From assembly GCF_963921235.1 (NCBI RefSeq), contig NC_086118.1:47058001-47122000 (forward strand): a DNA stretch of 64,000 bases, read 5' to 3'. The stretch comes from Mobula hypostoma (Eukaryota). The notes under the pieces are model-generated. The model saw only the letters and a list, made by a program, of their open reading frames with translations. It made no database searches and was not told where the DNA came from. The position numbers and the translations under genes are program-made. Shown one piece after another: positions 1 to 11,762 of this stretch; positions within the stretch are counted from its first letter, which is position 1; each line of letters begins with the position of its first letter.

Positions 1-1520
1 AACCTGACTGAGGGTGACAAGCAAGGAAATCCAGAATCCAATTGCACAAGGGGGTATTGAGTCCCAGGTCTTGGAGTTTACTGATTACTTTTGAGGGGAT
101 GATGCTATTAAATGCTGAGCATCTTGATGTATGCATCTTTGCTGTCCACATATTCCAGGGTCGTGTGAAGAGCCAATGAGTTGGCATCTGCTGTAGATCC
201 ATTGTTTTGATGGCAAATTGGAGTAGATCCAAGTCGCTCCTCAGACAGCAGCTGGTATGCTTCAACATCTGCCTCTCAAAACACTTCTTCATTGTGGATG
301 TAAGTGCCACTGGGCGATAGTCATTGAGACAGGTTACCAGGCTCTTCTTGGGCACTGATATGATTGAAGCCTGCTTGAAGCAGGTGGGTACCACACATGC
401 TGGAGTGAGAGGTTGAAGATGTCCGTGAATGCACCAGCCAGTTGTTCAGCGCAGGTCTTCAGGACTCAGCCAGGTACTCCGCCTGGATCAGATGCTTTCC
501 TTGGATTCACTCTCTTGAAGGCAGCCCGCACATCATCTTCAGATATTGTGACCAAAGGATCATTGGGAGACATGGGGGTATGCAATGGTTCCTTCCTGTT
601 CTGGTGGTCAAGGCGAGCGTAGAAAGCATTGAGCTCATCTGGAAGTGAAGCTCTGCTGTTTCCTATGTCGCAAAATTTAACTTTATAGGAAGTTATGGCA
701 TTCAAACCCTGCCACAGCTGTTGAGCATCCCTCGTTGATACCAGTCTAGTCTAGAATATTCACTTCGCCCATGAGATAGCTTTCCGGAGATCATACCTGC
801 ACCTCTTGTAGCATTCTTGATCTCGAAACTTGAATGCCTCTGATCTGGTTCTCAGCAAATTCTTATGAGCATATTCCATTGTTCACCCAGGGCTTCTGAA
901 CGATTTTGTGGATACACACTCATCTACAGCTGTTTTAATAAAGTCTATTACGACTTTGGTGTAGTCATTCAGGTCCTCAGATGAGTTCTTGAACATCATC
1001 CAGTCCATTGACTCAAGGCAATCCTGTAACTGCTCCTCTGCCTCCCGGGACCACCTCTTAGTTGTCTTGATCTCTGAAGCCTTGCTCTTTAGCCTCTGTC
1101 TGTGTGCAGGCAATAGGAGTACTGTCAAATGATCCAACTTGCCAAAATGTGGTCTTGGAAAGGAACAATAGGCATTCCTTATCGTAGTCTAGCAGTGGTT
1201 TAGTGTGATGGGACCTCTGGTTCAACAGGTTACATGCTGGTGATAAATGGGCAGGGTTTTCTTCAAACAGGCCTGGTTAAAGTCACTGACTATGATTTGA
1301 AATGCATCCGTCTGGGCTGTTTCTTGCTTGCAGACAGCATTGTTCAGTCGCGCAAGTGCTTGCTTATAATCGGTCACTGGTGGTATGTAACCTGCAGTTA
1401 GGGTCACGCATGAGAACTCTTGAGGCAAATAGAATAGTCCACATTTAATTGTTAAGGTGTTCTAAGTCAGGGGAGCAAGAAGCCAACATAACCCCAATGT
1501 CTGGCTGAAAACACACTCTG
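1..1520 (-). mobile_element. Rex1/Babar-type LINE remnant (APE endonuclease to start of RT), frameshifted
   Basis: Minus-strand ORF pieces: YIPP...IIVSDFNQACLKKTLP..HQHVTC (APE), DH..VLLLPA..QRLK, LPDELNAFYAR..KASDPGGVPG, DLLQFA. Confidence 0.75.
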
Positions 1521-2074
1521 CCACATTTTTCCTAGTTGGTGGGGATCTCTGGTGATGGATTCTGCTTTCCGGCAACAGCATTTCATGTCGATATGTTCAA
1601 TGGTTGGAAGGGCTTTACCCGTGATGGACTGTGCTGTATCCACTACTTGTTGTAGAATTTTATGTTCAACTATTCATCAAGTTTTACCGGATTGGGAAAT
1701 AAATCAAATAAGGTGAAAATACAAATACTACACTTCTGACTTTGCGAAAGTTCATCTAGCTAACTCTGTTCTTCATTGTGACTATGCTATCCTTTCCAAT
1801 TTAATATTCAGATAAGATGAATGAAATATTCTTGCAGCTTGGCAAAATATTAGCATTAACTTAATGATGCTTTGAGGATTTTTTAAGTTAATGATTTACA
1901 AATGTTCATATTGTTAAAATATCACTATTGAGTGCAGTTTAAATGGTTCATTGTCAATTTGAACTTAGCAGAGTTTATGAAAATAACCAATGTGCAATGC
2001 ATTTTCATTCAGCATAGCTAAAAAAAACCTTGCATTATCAATTCTGTATTTATAATATTGTTCTAATCTTTCAG

Positions 2075-2183
2075 ATAAAACAAACAATCCTTGATGTTGA
2101 ATATCCTTTGATACAAAATGAATTGGCTGATATAGATTTTAAATTGGTTAAAGCAGAAAGACAGTTGTATTGGAATAGCCAAG
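2075..2183 (+). CDS. DNAH17: Axonemal dynein heavy chain (DNAH17-like), internal exon 1 of 15 in window
   Basis: ttttcag acceptor, GTATGT donor; IKQTILDVEYPLIQNELADIDFKLVKAERQLYWNSQ(G); 109 nt, phase 0 to 1, joins next exon in frame; resembles DNAH9/17 tail region (recall). Confidence 0.85.
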
Positions 2184-3494
2184 GTATGTTTTCTCCTAAC
2201 TCTACAAAAATACATGCTTTTATATCACAGTAATTGCAATCAGAAACAATAGTGAATGCTATTCTGTAAGTAAAGTAGTTCTAGTTAATAATTTTAATGA
2301 TAATGATGCACATTCCATGTGATTCAATTTTCAATTAAATTTTGTTACACTGATTTTGTATGTTCAAATTGTCTGAAATGCATTCAGGAGTTGAACAATA
2401 ATGTCACCCGGACAGAATATGAGCAGTAAAACTGCTGGAATTTGATGTAAGGATTTAGTAAAGTTTGTGTTACTGTAAAAGAGCATTTTGATGAAGTTCC
2501 TTCCTTGCAAATACTCAAGAAATGTTGAGGCAACAAATAGTTAACTTTGCAACTGAACTCTTATCCATAAGGGTTTAAGAAGAAGAGAATAGTGTGGAAG
2601 TTTTTGTTATGTATGTTGCTTTACAAGAGATTGCAGCTGCGAAGGTGTGCACAGCTTTTTGCCAGTGGGGGGAGGGGAGAATTGTTGCTTGCTGCCGCTT
2701 ATGCATGGGAGGGGTGGAAGCTGGGGGGGTACTTTGAGGTTCTTACATTTATCTGTTGTTCATTCTTTGGGGCAGTTCTCTGTTTTCGTGGATGTTTGTG
2801 AAGAAAAAGCATTTCAGGATGTATTTTATGTACATTTCTCTAACATTAAATTGGACCTTTGAACCTTTGAACGTCCTAATCTGGGCCCACCAAAATGCCA
2901 CTGATTCAACAGGCGTTTAATAGACTGCTTGAAAGAGAATTATCTAATATTAGAAATGCTTTAATGTCATGTGACTTACTTACACTGAAATCCTGGTTTG
3001 AACTCCTGTTGCCTGAGTAGAGTTAAAATGAACAGAAAGATTTCCCCCACATATAGAATTTAATGCTCTTCTATTGTTCTTTATTTTTTGAGCAAGAGCA
3101 GAACATCTCAAGTGTGTGTTTGTGTGGGGGGAGCGGCGGGGTGGGTGGATGTTGCACTTAAATATGCAGAACTGATTCCAGATTGGGGATTTATCTGTAA
3201 TATCATTTGGAACATCATTTGGAGAGTTGTCTGTGGGGATCAGCAATAATTTTTCAATCTGGTTAAATCTGATGAATAGTTCATTTTGAATCTAAAGAAG
3301 TGGAAACTGTTAAGCTTAAAAAACAATCCTTATTTATCAGTCAGGATTATTTCAAATGGACTATAAAGGGATGCTTTAGATGTTCTTCTATCTTTAATTT
3401 TCTTTTCCTATCATCAAGCAGAACTCTAAAGAAAATGATGGTGTCATGATGCGACATTTATAAGGGCAGAAGTTGCACAGCAATTTTCCCTGAC

Positions 3495-3645
3495 CCTTCC
3501 TTGGTCCAGTATGCTTTCCAACCAAAGGCACAGAGGTTGGCACCACCACCTGCTTGTCCTCTGTTAGGCAAAGATTCATGGTGTTCGGCATGAAGATAGC
3601 TATGGTATCATCCAGTACCTTTCTTAATTTGCTTTCATATGGATT
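3495..3645 (-). repeat. Orphan copy of the Gypsy/RBM25 chimeric junction (matches 6735..6885)
   Basis: Ungapped 151-bp match to 6735..6885, about 19 mismatches by eye (~87%); encodes KLRKVLDD...KQVVVPTSVPLVGKHTGP. Confidence 0.85.
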
Positions 3646-4329
3646 TGGTGTAAATGGGTGCTTGATGGTTGGGGCCTTTTTCTGTGCTGCATGTCTCAAT
3701 AACTCTAAGACCTTTAACGTGGGCCTTGCAGTAAGATGATCTGGGAGATATATAACCAACTCTTGGAGGAAAACCCATTCGTGCTAAGCAGACTATGCTA
3801 TAGACCACCAAGTCATCAAGGGTGGACAATTTGCTTCATTAAAAAAAAAGTAACAAGAATTGTTTCTGAATGTGGAGAGCTTCAGCGTAAAAGGCCATGG
3901 TATGGTATAAAGATTAATTTTTGGTTTAATAATTTAATGCATACATGTTCACAACATTAATGATTATGGTTGTTGAAGGAAAATTGTAGAAGGTACTTGG
4001 GACCAGGTTGGCTAAGTTTGATTACAACTATTTCCTTGAGAATGGATTGGTTGGATCAAGCAGCAAATTCCTTATGAAAGTAAAATCTAATGTTTTCTTG
4101 GTTCTTCTTCTTCGGCAGTTTCTCAGTATCAACGTTGACTTGCTTTTACTTTGGTGTTGGCTACTGAAGCCAACATGGAAGCTGCAGAACTTCCACAAAT
4201 GGGTAGGCAGGTTGGTAGTAGATGCACCGGTGCACTCCTTACCTGCTAAGTACAGCTTCTCATTAGCAAAGCCTTGAGGTTCTGAGTACCAACCTGACAT
4301 GGGTCAAGCATTCGCTGGAATCAGTGGGA

Positions 4330-4640
4330 GTGTTGCACTTCTTAAAGGAAGGTTTGAAGCCATCCTTGAATTTTTATCATTGCCTACCTGATAATTTCTT
4401 CCCTTGACAGAGCTTGGAGTAAAGTGTCCGATGTCAGGTAACATGAATTATGTGGCTTGCCTAGCATAACTGACTGAAAGTAAGCAGACTGTCAATGCTG
4501 GGAAAGTGGTTTAACTTCCAAAAACTTTGGAGGATTTTTCAAAGATATAGTTGTTGGTATTTTTTCAGTTGCTTGAGATGCCTGCTGCAAGTAGTCCAGG
4601 TCTTGAAAGCATAGGGTGATCACTGTGGTCCTGTAAGCAG
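4330..4640 (-). mobile_element. Old RTE/BovB-like LINE fragment (continues at ~5520..5577 and 8523..8650, split by Rex1 and Gypsy insertions)
   Basis: Joining the flanks of the Gypsy TSD restores an RTE-like post-RT segment on the minus strand (SLLSAKTDI..QCASTA..LKKR); highly degraded. Confidence 0.5.
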
Positions 4641-4647
4641 TTTAATT

Positions 4648-5515
4648 CTGCCATAGTTGGATGCATCAGCAAGGGAGATGAGGCTGAGTACAGGGCTACG
4701 GTGAGAAACTTTGTCACATGGTGTGAGCAGAATTATCTGCAGCTTAATGTGAAAAAGACTAAGGTGCTGGTGGTGGACCTGAGGAGGGCTAAGGCACCGG
4801 TGACCCCTGTTTCCACCCAGGGGGTCAATGTGGACATGGTGGAGGATTACAAACACCTGGGAATATGAATTGACAATAAACTGGACTGGTCAAAGAACAC
4901 TGAGGCTGTCTACAAGAAGAGTCAGAGCCGTCTCTATTTCCTGAGGAGACTGAGGTCCTTTAACATCTGTCGGACGATGCTGAGGATGTTCTACAAGTCT
5001 GTGGTGGCCAGTGCTATCATGTTTGCTGTTGTGTGCTGGGGCAGCAGGCTGAGGGTAGCAGACACCAACAGAATCAACAAACTCATTTGTAAGGCCAGTG
5101 ATGTTGTGGGGATGGAACTGGACTCTTTGACGGTGTTGTCTGAAAAGAGGATGTTGTCCAAGTTGCATGCTATCTTGGACAATGTCTCCCATCCACTACA
5201 TAATGTACTGGGTGGGCACAGGAGTACATTCAGCCAGAGACTCATTCCACCGAGATGCAACACTGAGCGTCATAAGAGGTCATTCCTGCCTGTGGCCAGC
5301 AAACTTTACAACTCCTCCCTTGGAGGGTCAGACACCCTGAGCCAATAGGCTGGTCCTGGACTTATTTGCATCTGGCATAATTTACATATTATTATTTAAT
5401 TATTTCTGGTTTTATATTGCTATATTTATACTCTATTCTTGGTTGGTGCAACTGTAACGAAACCCAATTTCCCTCGGGATCAATAAAGTATGTCTATCTA
5501 TCTACCTATCTATCT
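4648..5515 (+). mobile_element. Rex1/Babar LINE, 5'-truncated 3' end
   Basis: ORF 4977..5348 (LRMFYKSVVASAIMFAVVCWG...RSFLPVASKLYN); AATAAA followed by (TCTA)n tail; close relative of 11763..13560. Confidence 0.85.
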
Positions 5516-5577
5516 AATTTTCAAAATTCCTTTTCTTCAAGCAATCAAAAACTGTGCTGGCACATTGAGGTGCTGAT

Positions 5578-5777
5578 TGTTATGTTTTGTAACTTCAAAA
5601 CATTAAATTAATTCAATGGAAGATGTGGGGGTCCAGAATACAGGTGTAACTTCATCTTTACTTTAAGCAAAGTGCGTATGTATTGCACGGTAACATGACG
5701 ATGTATGCTATTAACGTAATTTTACACATAACCTGTATTAATTATTTAAATGAACAAGAATGCTTAATCAAACTATA

Positions 5778-5790
<13 letters not shown>
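5578..5790 (-). repeat. 3' LTR of Gypsy element (partly eroded by a microsatellite)
   Basis: Direct repeat of 8275..8480 (tgttatgttttgtaacttcaaaacattaaa...aagaatgcttaatcaaac), roughly 80% identical by eye. Confidence 0.85.

Positions 5791-5822
<32 letters not shown>
5777..5822. repeat. (TG)n(TA)n microsatellite
   Basis: atgtgtgtgtgtgtatatatatat... run. Confidence 0.95.
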
Positions 5823-5823
<1 letters not shown>

Positions 5824-6144
5824 TGTCTGCTTAGCTATAAACTCCAACTCAATAGAGAATGCATCTCAACTATATACACAGTTTACAATATAATACAACT
5901 ACTATGTACAGACATCCATAACATAGTAAATTTTTAAATTGCCCCATGCAGGCTTAAAAATTTAATCACTGTGGAGGATTTTTTACTCTTAAGATAATGC
6001 CTTTAGTGCCAAGGGGATCACTCTGTTTGGCAAGTGAATCTTGTGGCTGTCAAAACAATCTCAGGGTTCTGAGACCTCCTCCATGGTGGTTGTAGGAGTT
6101 GATTTTGAGACTGCAAGAAGTAGTTCTGTCAGCTCCGGACACCT

Positions 6145-6789
6145 TTCTTCTCCCTTTCTCTCTCTGAACCTACTTTGTTCCCTTTCTTTTTCTTACACCC
6201 CTTCTCTCTCTCACATCCACATTCTTTCTCTCCATCTCTTCCCTCTTTTTTCTTCTTCTATTTTGTATATCTTGGTCTTGGGAAGGTCCATTTAGTTTAC
6301 TGGTGTATTTTCTTATTAATTCTTCTCTGCTCCCTTTATGATCTGATCTCTCTGTTGGTTTCCTCATCTACAACATCAGACAAATCCTCTGTTTTCTTAT
6401 TTCCATAGACTCCTTTCTTTTTGCTGATCAGTTCTTCCAGCTGGGTGTTGGTCTTGCATCTACTTTTACAAGCAGCTTTTTGTCTTCCACTTGAAGTTCA
6501 TGCAGTAATCTTAATGCACACAGAGTAAATTCCGGTCTTTGTAGTCATAAAAGCCAAATGTTTGCAACTTTCCTGAAGGTCTTTGAACTCTGCTCCAGCT
6601 TAAATCAAAGTCACATTTTGGAAGTAACTACTTGATTAACATATCAGAGAATTTCTCAGATATATTGCCTACAAAAACTGTTGTAGTCAGACCAATGCTT
6701 TTGTCACTTTCACACTTCCTTTGAGCAGCATGCTCCTTCTTTGGTCCAGTGTGCTTTCCAACCAAAGGCACAGAGGTTGGCACTACCAC
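6145..6789 (-). pseudogene. RBM25: Processed (intronless) RBM25 fragment: RRM domain through start of the RE/RD-rich region, with stop and frameshifts
   Basis: Minus-strand translation across frameshifts: VVVPTSVPLVGKHTGPKKEH...TTTVFVGNISEKFSDMLIK*LLPKCDFDLSWSRVQRPSGKLQTFGFYDYK/PEFTLCALRLLHELQVEDKKLLVKVDA...DEETNR/DQIIKG/EELIRKYTSKLNGPSQDQD, then purine-rich ER-like repeats; collinear with vertebrate RBM25 N-terminus (recall). Confidence 0.88.
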
Positions 6790-8274
6790 CTGTTTGTCCA
6801 CTTTTGAGCAAAAGTTCACGGTGTTCGGCATGGAGACAGTCGTGCTATCATCCAGTACCTTTCTTAATTTGATTTCATATGGCTTCATTAGAGGGGATGT
6901 TGCATGCAAATTGTGGTTCCATCTCCAATCAAGCAATGGTTATCTCAGCCAGTCATTCACCTACAATGCTGATCCTTCTGTTTTCACCACATATAAGCTG
7001 AATGTGGCTTGTTGGTTGTTGTATTTCACAGTTATGAATGCTATTTCTACAGGAGGTTCCTTTTCTCTGTGGGATATCTGCAGACTTCAGTTTTGTATCT
7101 TTGAAATGCCATTCAAACTCACTTTGTGGAATGATGGAACTAACTGAATCAGTGTCTAATTCCATTTTAATTAATTTGCTATTAATTTCTTGCTTAAGCC
7201 ATATTGCTTCTCTGTTGTTAATTTCAAGGTTGCACAATCCTGTGTCACTCTCATCATTCTCAGATTTTTCATCAACAGCATGCAGATTAGTGCTCTTTTT
7301 GAAACTGCAATTTGATATTTTTAGCATTTTATGTTCTCTGATCAATCCATTTATTTTTGTCTGCCCAACATACACTTTGTATATGTCTTTGTTGTATTTT
7401 CTGCAAGTTTCACCTTTAAATCTGAATTTTTTGGTGTATGAGTCCCTGCCACAACAGTAACACAATTTGTTTGGCCAGGCCAGTTTCTGTTTAGACAATG
7501 CAATTTTGTTTATGCTCACTTTCATTCCTGACTGCAACTCAGATACATCTCTGTCTGCAGTTTCCATTGAAACAGAAATTTCTACTGCTCGTTTGAATGT
7601 ACGTTGTGCTTCATTTAGCAGCTGTTTTAGAATGCTTTCTTTTAAGATTCCACAAACTAATTGATCTCTTAAGGCCATTATCAGCCTGTAAATGCTCAGA
7701 CAATATCTTCAATTCTGCCATGTATGCCGAAATGGACCCCTTCCTTTTGATTCCACTTATGAAACCTAAAGCGTTCTGTAATCAACAGTGGCTTGGGTTC
7801 TTAGTGTTCCTGCATCACTTTACAATAGCAGCAAAGCTAATTTCTAATAGTTTGGTGGGAGCAGTCAAACTTCAAAGCAAACTGTATGCCTTTAAACCTA
7901 ATGCACTTAGCAAAATTGGCACTCACTTCTCACTGACTATTTCATTTGCTTCAAAATACTGTTCCAATAGTTCAGTATACATGAGCCAATTACCCAACGT
8001 GTAATCAAATTCGGAAATCTTTTCAATGTAGCTAGCCATTTCTGATTTTTTAAATGACTGTTATCACCTGATACTCATCTTTTATAAACCACGAATTCTT
8101 CAGTTTATGGCCTTTTTAAAAAAAACCTTGATTGTGTCTTCCCTTCAAAGAGCACACGCTGCTCTATTTCAACATTGTTCTCCTGTGTTTATTTTATTTT
8201 ATTTCAAATGTCTCACTGCACCGTAGCAGGTGCATAGCCATGTTAGGTTCCTTTTAGGAATACCTCGTTGCCAG

Positions 8275-8522
8275 AGTTATGTTTTATAACTTCAAAACAT
8301 TAAAATAATTCGAAGGAAGATGTGGGGAATCCAAAATATGGGTGTAACATTGTCTTTACTTTAAGCGAGGTGCGCATTATCAAGTGGTAGCATGATGACA
8401 TATGCAATTAATATATTTTTACACACAACCTGCAATTAATTATTTAAATGAATAAGAATGCTTGATCAAACAATACATATACAAGATTACTCAGATATTA
8501 TTGTAATATGAAATACACAACA
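8275..8522 (-). repeat. 5' LTR of Gypsy element
   Basis: Matches 5578..5790; adjacent to PBS; ends ACA next to TSD. Confidence 0.85.
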
Positions 8523-9165
8523 CTGATGTCTGTCTTTGCTGAGAGAAGGCTTCTGAGGTGGTAAGTAGGCCATGCTTCCAATGCTACATTGTGAATCTTT
8601 AATACTGGAGAGTAGTGTGATACACTGGAGGCAGGTTGGGAGAGGAATGTTACCTGATTAGGCAGATTTATCAATCACAGTTGATAATTATTTGAAATAT
8701 AGTAAATGGGGTCTTGCAATAACAACTGAATACTTGTTCAAGTATTTACTAACTACTAGTAGGTTGTGGTCTCATTGGCAATGTATAAATTGAATTTGAA
8801 ATAATTTAAGCAGAATTTAGCCAGTAATTAAAATAACCATTGTATTAAAATGAACAACATTCATGAGGTGAGATTTTGTATGATTGCTGGCCTCTGCAGT
8901 TGTAAATCATAAAGAATGGCTTATGTGATTCTAGAGTTTCAGTAAAGGATGATGAACATCCCTAGGTCAGAGCTGTCTTTTGGACTTTATTAGTTTTGGT
9001 GTTGGTGGTTGCACTCAAGTGAGTTGTGAAGTGGTTTGGCAAATAGCAGTTGTTATTTAAAGTTGCGACCCAATATGTTTTGGCTGTTTGCCTTTGTCAT
9101 AAAAATTATAATCAATATTGCTAATTGTGTGATAATTATTTCTTTGTGCTTCTGTTTCTTGTCAG

Positions 9166-9269
9166 GTGTTTGGGAATATATTCAGGAGACAAGAAGTATG
9201 TTATATGATCTTGAGCACAGAATTCAGCAAAGCAAAGACAATGTAGAAATCATGCGTCTCATAATGTTG
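9166..9269 (+). CDS. DNAH17: Dynein heavy chain exon 2 in window
   Basis: Pyrimidine tract + cag acceptor, GTGAGT donor; GVWEYIQETRSMLYDLEHRIQQSKDNVEIMRLIML; 104 nt. Confidence 0.87.
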
Positions 9270-10141
9270 GTGAGTACTGCTAGAAAAAGTTTCCATCCAC
9301 TAGTCCTGAAATTGAATTGCCCCCAACTAGGCACCCTCTTATTGTTTGGCGGCTTAGTAAAACTTGATCAGAAAAGATGCTACAATACAGTGAATGACTG
9401 GAAGGTTCAGTTCATTATCAATAAAATCTAGTTCAATATGTGTTTTGAAGTGGCAGTTTTAATTATTAGGACATTTATTGTCATTAACCTGAAGAAAATG
9501 GTTACTTCACTTTCCAGAACTTCAGTTTTGATTCAGTCAGGTTAACATTTTCTGACACAGACTTAATCTGACTAAACCAAAAATGTCTTTTTTAGAACTG
9601 ATAGATTTTGATTCAGAACATTATCTAGCAAATGTGAACTACTTAATCAAGCTGCATAAACCAATAGCAATGGAGAAAGAAGACTAATAACACAATGCAA
9701 ATGACTAACTGCTTCTAAGTATTTCCTGGCAGGGTTACTATTGCTGCTGTATATTTGAATAAAGCAAGACCATGAATAGCAAAATCTATTATCGCCTTAA
9801 AAAAACTTGTAGGGAGATAAAAGAAATGCACTTTTAACTTCTTAAAGCCAGCTGTCATTTTCATATATAACAAGCAGCTCAGATGCTTGGACCCAGAAAA
9901 AGATGGATAAATAACAAAAACGATGCCATGTTCTTTGCAGAATCTGTGCACAGGCACTTTAGAGCTGCATCTGGCTTTTCAATTATTTTAAATTTTCCAT
10001 GCAATTTTGGTAAAGGAGAATTATGCATTTGCTGTTTCCATTTCAGCCATTACAGTATTCCTCATTTTGTTTAATACACTTGTAGATATTTTTAACCTAT
10101 TGATTCATATTTTGATATCTAGGCAACTTTGGTGATGCTAA

Positions 10142-10760
10142 ACACAAGAGATTTTGCGAATACTGGAAATCTTGAGCAACACAAAATGGTAGAGTAACTC
10201 AGCAAGTCAGGCAGCACCTATGGAGAGGAATAAGTAGTTGATATTTTGGGCTGAAACCCTTAATCAGGATTGGAAAGGAAAGGGGCAGAAGCCAGAATAA
10301 GAAGATGGGGGGGGGGCAGGGGATAGAGTACAAACTGGCAGGTGATTGGTGAAACCAGGTGAGGGGGAAGGTGGGGGGTGGGAAGGGTGATGAAGTAAGA
10401 AGCCAAGAGGTGATAGGTGGAAGAGGTAAAGGGCTGAAGAAGAAGGAATCTGATAGAAGAGGACAGTGGACCGTGGAAGAAAGGGAAGGGGGAGAGGCAA
10501 CAGAGGTTGGTGTTGGGGAGGTGGGAAGAAGAAGAGCGGTGAGAGGGTAACCAGAATGGAGAAGAGAAAACAAGAGAAAGGGAATGAGGGGAATTACCAG
10601 AAGTTAGAGAAATCAATGATCATGCCATCAGGTTGGAGGCTGAATAGCATTTTTTATAAGTGACAGGGAGTGAAGATATATAGACAAGATACCTGTGAGA
10701 GTCAGTAGCTTTGTAAAAGATACCAGTAGATAGTCTGTCTCTAGGGATTGAGACAGAGAT
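10142..10760 (-). mobile_element. Penelope-like element 3' tail/pLTR, degraded
   Basis: Reverse complement of the LQPDGM..DFSNF end and purine-rich tail seen at 35440..35920; decayed hammerhead motif at ~10235..10270. Confidence 0.7.
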
Positions 10761-11762
10761 ATTGAGAAACAGAATATAGAAAAGTGTTTCCCTTGATTGC
10801 TAATCATTAATCAGATAACTGATAGGCATAAAATACCAGCTTTTTGCAACGAGTACCACCTGGATCAGTCAACTGACAGCTTAGAGTGGAAGGGAAATTG
10901 GTCCCAAATCACTCTTGTAATATTTTCTTTTGCAACTATTTTAACCAAACAAATACAATTAACTGAGAAGAACATACGCCATAGAAACAGGAGTTGAGCA
11001 TTTGGGACTTGCTCCACCATTTAGTACAATTGTGGTTGTTTGTTTATCTAAGAGATGCTTTATTGTACTAACCTTATATCCCTGGATTTCATTAATATCC
11101 TAAACTACATTGTTCTCTGTCATGAACATACTAATTAACTGAACTTTCAAACCTCTTTTGGGAGTGAATTCCAAGGATTTGCTATTTGATCAATGAAGAT
11201 ATTTCTTCTCATTGCACTCATGAATAGACAACTCTTATGTTGAGTCTGTGATCCTGGTTCTCAACAGCTCAGAGAGAGGAAACATCATCCCTACACTGTT
11301 AAGTACTGAGTGAATTTTACATTTTTAAACTACCTCTCACTTTTCTAAACTCCAGAGACATCTCATAAGACAGTCTTCCCTTCTCAGGAATTTGATGATT
11401 GCACTCTCATTCCATCCATTTTTAGGCTGGCCTGTACAAGAATTTGAGAGCAAAATCAGGGATATCTTGATCTAGCTTTTCTTTATATAGCTGCAGCAAG
11501 ATGTCCCTAATTTTGCCCTCAAATTCTTGTGCAATAATGGCCAACTTATTATCTGTTCTATTTGCTTGCCTGTTCCTGCATGTTAGTTAATGATCCACTG
11601 GACAAAAGGATATAACAATTATAACTTAGGCTACTGGTTAAACCAAAATAGCTGATGTATACATGATTAAGTTCATAAATATCTGAATTAGAAAATTATT
11701 TGGGATGAAGTTTATATAGAGCTAAATAAAGATAATTTGATCATTTTTCATTAGTACAGGCA

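Larger units (their letters stand above)
5578..8522 (-). mobile_element. Non-autonomous Gypsy/Ty3 LTR retrotransposon carrying a captured RBM25 fragment
   Basis: Starts TGT(5578), ends ACA(8522); TSD CTGAT at 5573..5577 and 8523..8527; two direct LTRs; PBS TGGCAACGAGG (8263..8273, minus); gag from ATG ~8039 (MASYIEKISEFD..EQYFEANEI), LRDQLVCG, zinc-knuckle remnant, protease MELDT, integrase C-terminal RVKNPPQ; RT/RNaseH/integrase core absent. Confidence 0.9.

Noticed and set aside
10199-10663. Cluster of Pro/Ser-rich and Gly/Arg-rich ORFs
   Set aside because: Translation of the purine/pyrimidine-biased Penelope tail; similar spurious ORFs recur at other tails (18.2, 35.6, 48.4 kb).
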